This document shows positions 61,620-64,000 of a stretch of 64,000 nucleotides of DNA, piece by piece. The notes beneath the pieces are model-generated. The model made no database searches. It was not told the DNA's origin and saw only the letters and a list, made by a program, of their open reading frames with translations. This stretch comes from Paracoccaceae bacterium (GTDB taxonomy: Bacteria > Pseudomonadota > Alphaproteobacteria > Rhodobacterales > Rhodobacteraceae). The DNA lies in assembly GCA_014762635.1 (NCBI GenBank), contig JABURR010000079.1:18168-82167 (forward strand), read 5' to 3'. A program made the position numbers and the translations under genes. How positions within the stretch are numbered: position 1 is the first letter of the stretch; every line of letters starts with the position of its first letter.

Positions 61620-61667
61620 AATTTCCATCACCGACTGGGAGGTCGTCGGCGCTGGTCCGTTTTCGGC

Positions 61668-62126
61668 TTACTTCGAGTTCGTAGCAGCCGGAGCCTTCTT
61701 GGCAGCGGCGGTCACGTCCGAGGTGGCCTTCTTCATGGCGGCGGTCGCATCTTCCGACGCGTCCTTGCCTGCGGCCAGCATCAGCTCGACGGTTTCCATC
61801 TGGACCTTCTTCGCGATCTCGGCGAAGGCAGCCATGGTTTCAGCCGAAGCTTCGACCTGGGCCGAGGTGAAATCGGTCACGGCCTTGCTGTAGTCGGCAG
61901 GCTCGCTCTTCGCCTTGGCGGTATCGCCAACCTTTGCGAGGGTGTCCTTGGTGAACTTGGTCGAGATCTCGGTCGACTTGTCAGCGGCTTCGAGAGCCAC
62001 TTTCGCCAGCTTCTCGCCGAAGGTCGCCGAGGTCTTGAAGGCGTCCTGCATCGCGGTCATGTCGACCGGGTAGGCACCCATCATGTCTTTCATCATCTTG
62101 GTGTAGTCGTTCGCAGCTTTTGCCAT
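61668..62126 (-). CDS. phaP: phasin family protein
   Basis: 152 aa from the ATG at 62126, preceded by AAAGGAGAG. It is Ala/Lys/Glu-rich and helical, and lies between phaC and phaR. Confidence 0.8.
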   Translation of the reverse strand: MAKAANDYTKMMKDMMGAYPVDMTAMQDAFKTSATFGEKLAKVALEAADKSTEISTKFTKDTLAKVGDTAKAKSEPADYSKAVTDFTSAQVEASAETMAAFAEIAKKVQMETVELMLAAGKDASEDATAAMKKATSDVTAAAKKAPAATNSK

Positions 62127-62165
62127 ATCAATCTCTCCTTTGCTTCCGGGGGACGATCCCCGTTT

Positions 62166-62229
62166 CTGCAACTGCGAGAAATATGCACGCCGCAGTGCAG
62201 CATTTCAAGAGTTTTTGCTGCGCTGCGGC
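62166..62229. promoter_or_regulatory. TGC-rich repeats, candidate PhaR operators upstream of phaP
   Basis: CTGC-GCT-GCGG at 62218-62228 on the plus strand and CTGC-ACT-GCGG at 62190-62200 on the minus strand, plus CTGCAACTGCG at 62166-62176. All lie in the phaC-phaP gap. Confidence 0.3.
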
Positions 62230-62255
62230 GAAAAAATTTACGAGATCGTTTCAGA

Positions 62256-64000
62256 TCAGTGGTTTGGGTCCGCCACCACGTAGGTTCCCGGGGCATCCCC
62301 CAAGACCGGATGCCCGGACTCACCCGGCTCACAGGCCGGAACCTGCTTTCCGGAGCGAGAGGAAAGCCACTCTTCCCAACGCGGCCACCACGACCCTTCG
62401 TGGAATTCCGACGCCTCGCGCCAGTCGTCTGCGGATTTCGGCCAGTCTTCGCTGGTGTAATGGCCGTATTTCTTTTTCGAGGGCGGGTTCACGATCCCGG
62501 CGATGTGCCCCGACTGCGAAAGGATGAAGGTCTTCGACCGGCTGCCCATCTGGCGCACGCCAGCATAGCTGGGCTTCCAGGCCGCGATATGGTCGGTTTC
62601 GCAGGCAATTGCGCAAAGCGGTACGCGCACGTCCTTGATGGACAGTTTCTCGCCCAGGATTTCGATCTCACCCTTGGCGAAGCGGTTCTGCTGGAACAGC
62701 CAGCGCAGGTATTCCACCGTCATGCGGCCAGGAAGATTCGTGGAATCCCCGTTCCAGAACAGCAAATCGAAGGCCGGCGGCGCCTCGCCCATCATGTAGC
62801 TGCGAATCGCCGGGCCATAAACCAGGTCGTTCGAGCGCATGTACGAGAAGGTTCGCGACATGAAGAAGGAATGCAGGAAGCCCTTCTTGTTCACTTCCTC
62901 CTCGATCCCGTCGACGAAATCATCGTCAAGGAACACGGTGAATTCGCCCTGGTCCTCGAAATCGGTGAGCGCGGTGAACAGGGTCGCGGATTTGACCGAC
63001 TTGTCCTTGCGCTTGTGCAGAAGCGCCAGTGTCAGGCTCAGAACAGTGCCCGCGATACAGTAGCCGACCGCGTTGACCTGCTCCTGTCCGGTGATCTTCT
63101 TCACCTCTTCGATCGCGGTCAGGTAGCCCTCTTCGACATAGGTCTCGAGGCCCACGTCGGCATAGCTCGCGTCCGGATTCACCCAACTGACCACGAAAAG
63201 CGTATAGCCCTGCTCGGTGATCCACTTGATCAGCGAATTCTGCTTCTTCAGGTCGAGGATGTAGAACTTGTTGATCCAGGGCGGGAACAGGATCAGCGGC
63301 GTCTCGTGCACCGTCTCGGTGACGGGCGCATACTGAATCAGTTCGAACATCCGGTTGCGGAAGACCACCTTGCCCGGTGTGGTGGCGATGTTCTCCCCCA
63401 CCTTGAAGGCATCCTTGTCGGCAAGTGTGATCAGCAGATCGCCTTCGTTGGCCTCGAGGTCACGCACGAGGTTTTCCAGCCCCTTGACGAGGCTTTCGCC
63501 ATCTGTCTCCACCGCACGGGCCAAGGCCTCGGGGTTGGTGCCAAGGAAGTTCGACGGGCTGAACATGTCCATGATCTGGTGGGTGAAATACTCAACCCGC
63601 TTCTTGTCCCTGGGGCTGAGACCATCGATGTCATGCACCGCGTGTTCAACCGCCTCGGTGTTCATCATGTACTGTTGCTTGAGGAAGTTGAAATAGGGAT
63701 GCGTCTGCCAGAGCGGGCTGGAAAACCGCTTGTCCGACGGGGTTTCATCCTCGGGCGGCTCGAGGCTGCCGTGCGCCAGGCGCTGCTGCGCATCCATGTA
63801 ATGCTTGAGAGATTTGCCCCAGTACCCGACCTGATGCTCGATCAGCTTCGAAGGGTTGGACATCATCTCGGTCACGTAGGCGGTCGCCGCCTTCATGAAC
63901 AAGTCCTGCCCCGGTCCCTCCAGGCTTGGGTTCACGGGTTTCTTGCCGGAGATCGCGCCGATCAGCCGCTGCGAAAGCTCCTCGATCCTGACAAGGTTTT
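62256..64000 (-). CDS. phaC: class I poly(R)-hydroxyalkanoate synthase, N-terminus outside window
   Basis: Contains the lipase-box-like GYCIAGT and PhaC-typical segments (FPPWINKFYILDL, WNGDSTNLPG). The frame stays open upstream of the GTG at 63935 to the window end (NLVRIEELSQRLIGAISGKKP). Confidence 0.9.
   Translation of the reverse strand, partial: NLVRIEELSQRLIGAISGKKPVNPSLEGPGQDLFMKAATAYVTEMMSNPSKLIEHQVGYWGKSLKHYMDAQQRLAHGSLEPPEDETPSDKRFSSPLWQTHPYFNFLKQQYMMNTEAVEHAVHDIDGLSPRDKKRVEYFTHQIMDMFSPSNFLGTNPEALARAVETDGESLVKGLENLVRDLEANEGDLLITLADKDAFKVGENIATTPGKVVFRNRMFELIQYAPVTETVHETPLILFPPWINKFYILDLKKQNSLIKWITEQGYTLFVVSWVNPDASYADVGLETYVEEGYLTAIEEVKKITGQEQVNAVGYCIAGTVLSLTLALLHKRKDKSVKSATLFTALTDFEDQGEFTVFLDDDFVDGIEEEVNKKGFLHSFFMSRTFSYMRSNDLVYGPAIRSYMMGEAPPAFDLLFWNGDSTNLPGRMTVEYLRWLFQQNRFAKGEIEILGEKLSIKDVRVPLCAIACETDHIAAWKPSYAGVRQMGSRSKTFILSQSGHIAGIVNPPSKKKYGHYTSEDWPKSADDWREASEFHEGSWWPRWEEWLSSRSGKQVPACEPGESGHPVLGDAPGTYVVADPNH

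Overview
This is a GC-rich chromosomal stretch (hand counts of single 60-nt lines give about 65% GC in typical genes). Gene content and synteny point to an alphaproteobacterium of the Rhodobacteraceae type. All calls come from reading the ORF translations and the DNA by eye; no database search was possible. The window is mostly core housekeeping.

Gene content, in order:
- Envelope and isoprenoid cluster: lpxB-lpxI-lpxA-fabZ-skp-bamA-rseP-dxr-cdsA-uppS-frr-pyrH.
- miaA, an AraC regulator with an orphan Tat-type solute-binding protein, ssb, a class II c-type cytochrome, and aroB-aroK.
- A small-protein/secreted-protein/xerD operon.
- A relocated lpxD followed by its own acyl carrier protein and ketoacyl synthase.
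- A divergent L,D-transpeptidase/DUF882 pair.
- A nucleotide-sugar precursor cassette (rfbCBDA, gmd, fcl, manC) ending at tRNA-Arg(CCG).
- A long isc-suf operon (iscR, nifS-like, sufB, two paralogous membrane proteins, sufC, sufD, two Yip1-like proteins, sufS, a methyltransferase).
- lrp, anmK, tyrS, a small copper-related cluster, rpmB, meaB, hrpB and phaR-phaP-phaC.

No transposase, integrase other than xerD, CRISPR array or rRNA was seen.

Most notable observations:
1. lpxD is absent from its canonical slot and sits in an lpxD-ACP-KAS operon. I hypothesise this supplies an unusual N-acyl donor for lipid A.
2. Both gmd (1-nt deletion) and manC (5-bp tandem duplication AACCC AACCC) are frameshifted, while fcl between them is intact.
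3. A near-consensus Irr-type ICE palindrome lies upstream of iscR. A second ICE-like palindrome is embedded in the cysteine desulfurase gene and is written in non-preferred codons.
4. A lower-GC pair of tandem paralogous membrane-protein genes is inserted between sufB and sufC, preceded by an AT-rich 15-nt direct repeat.
5. An orphan promoter plus intrinsic terminator in the 373-nt gap at 26438-26809 is a candidate small RNA.
6. An FNR/FixK-type palindrome is written into the last codons of aroB, upstream of the cytochrome gene.

I see no clear-cut new multi-gene system such as a defence island. The functional interpretations above are inferences, not demonstrations.
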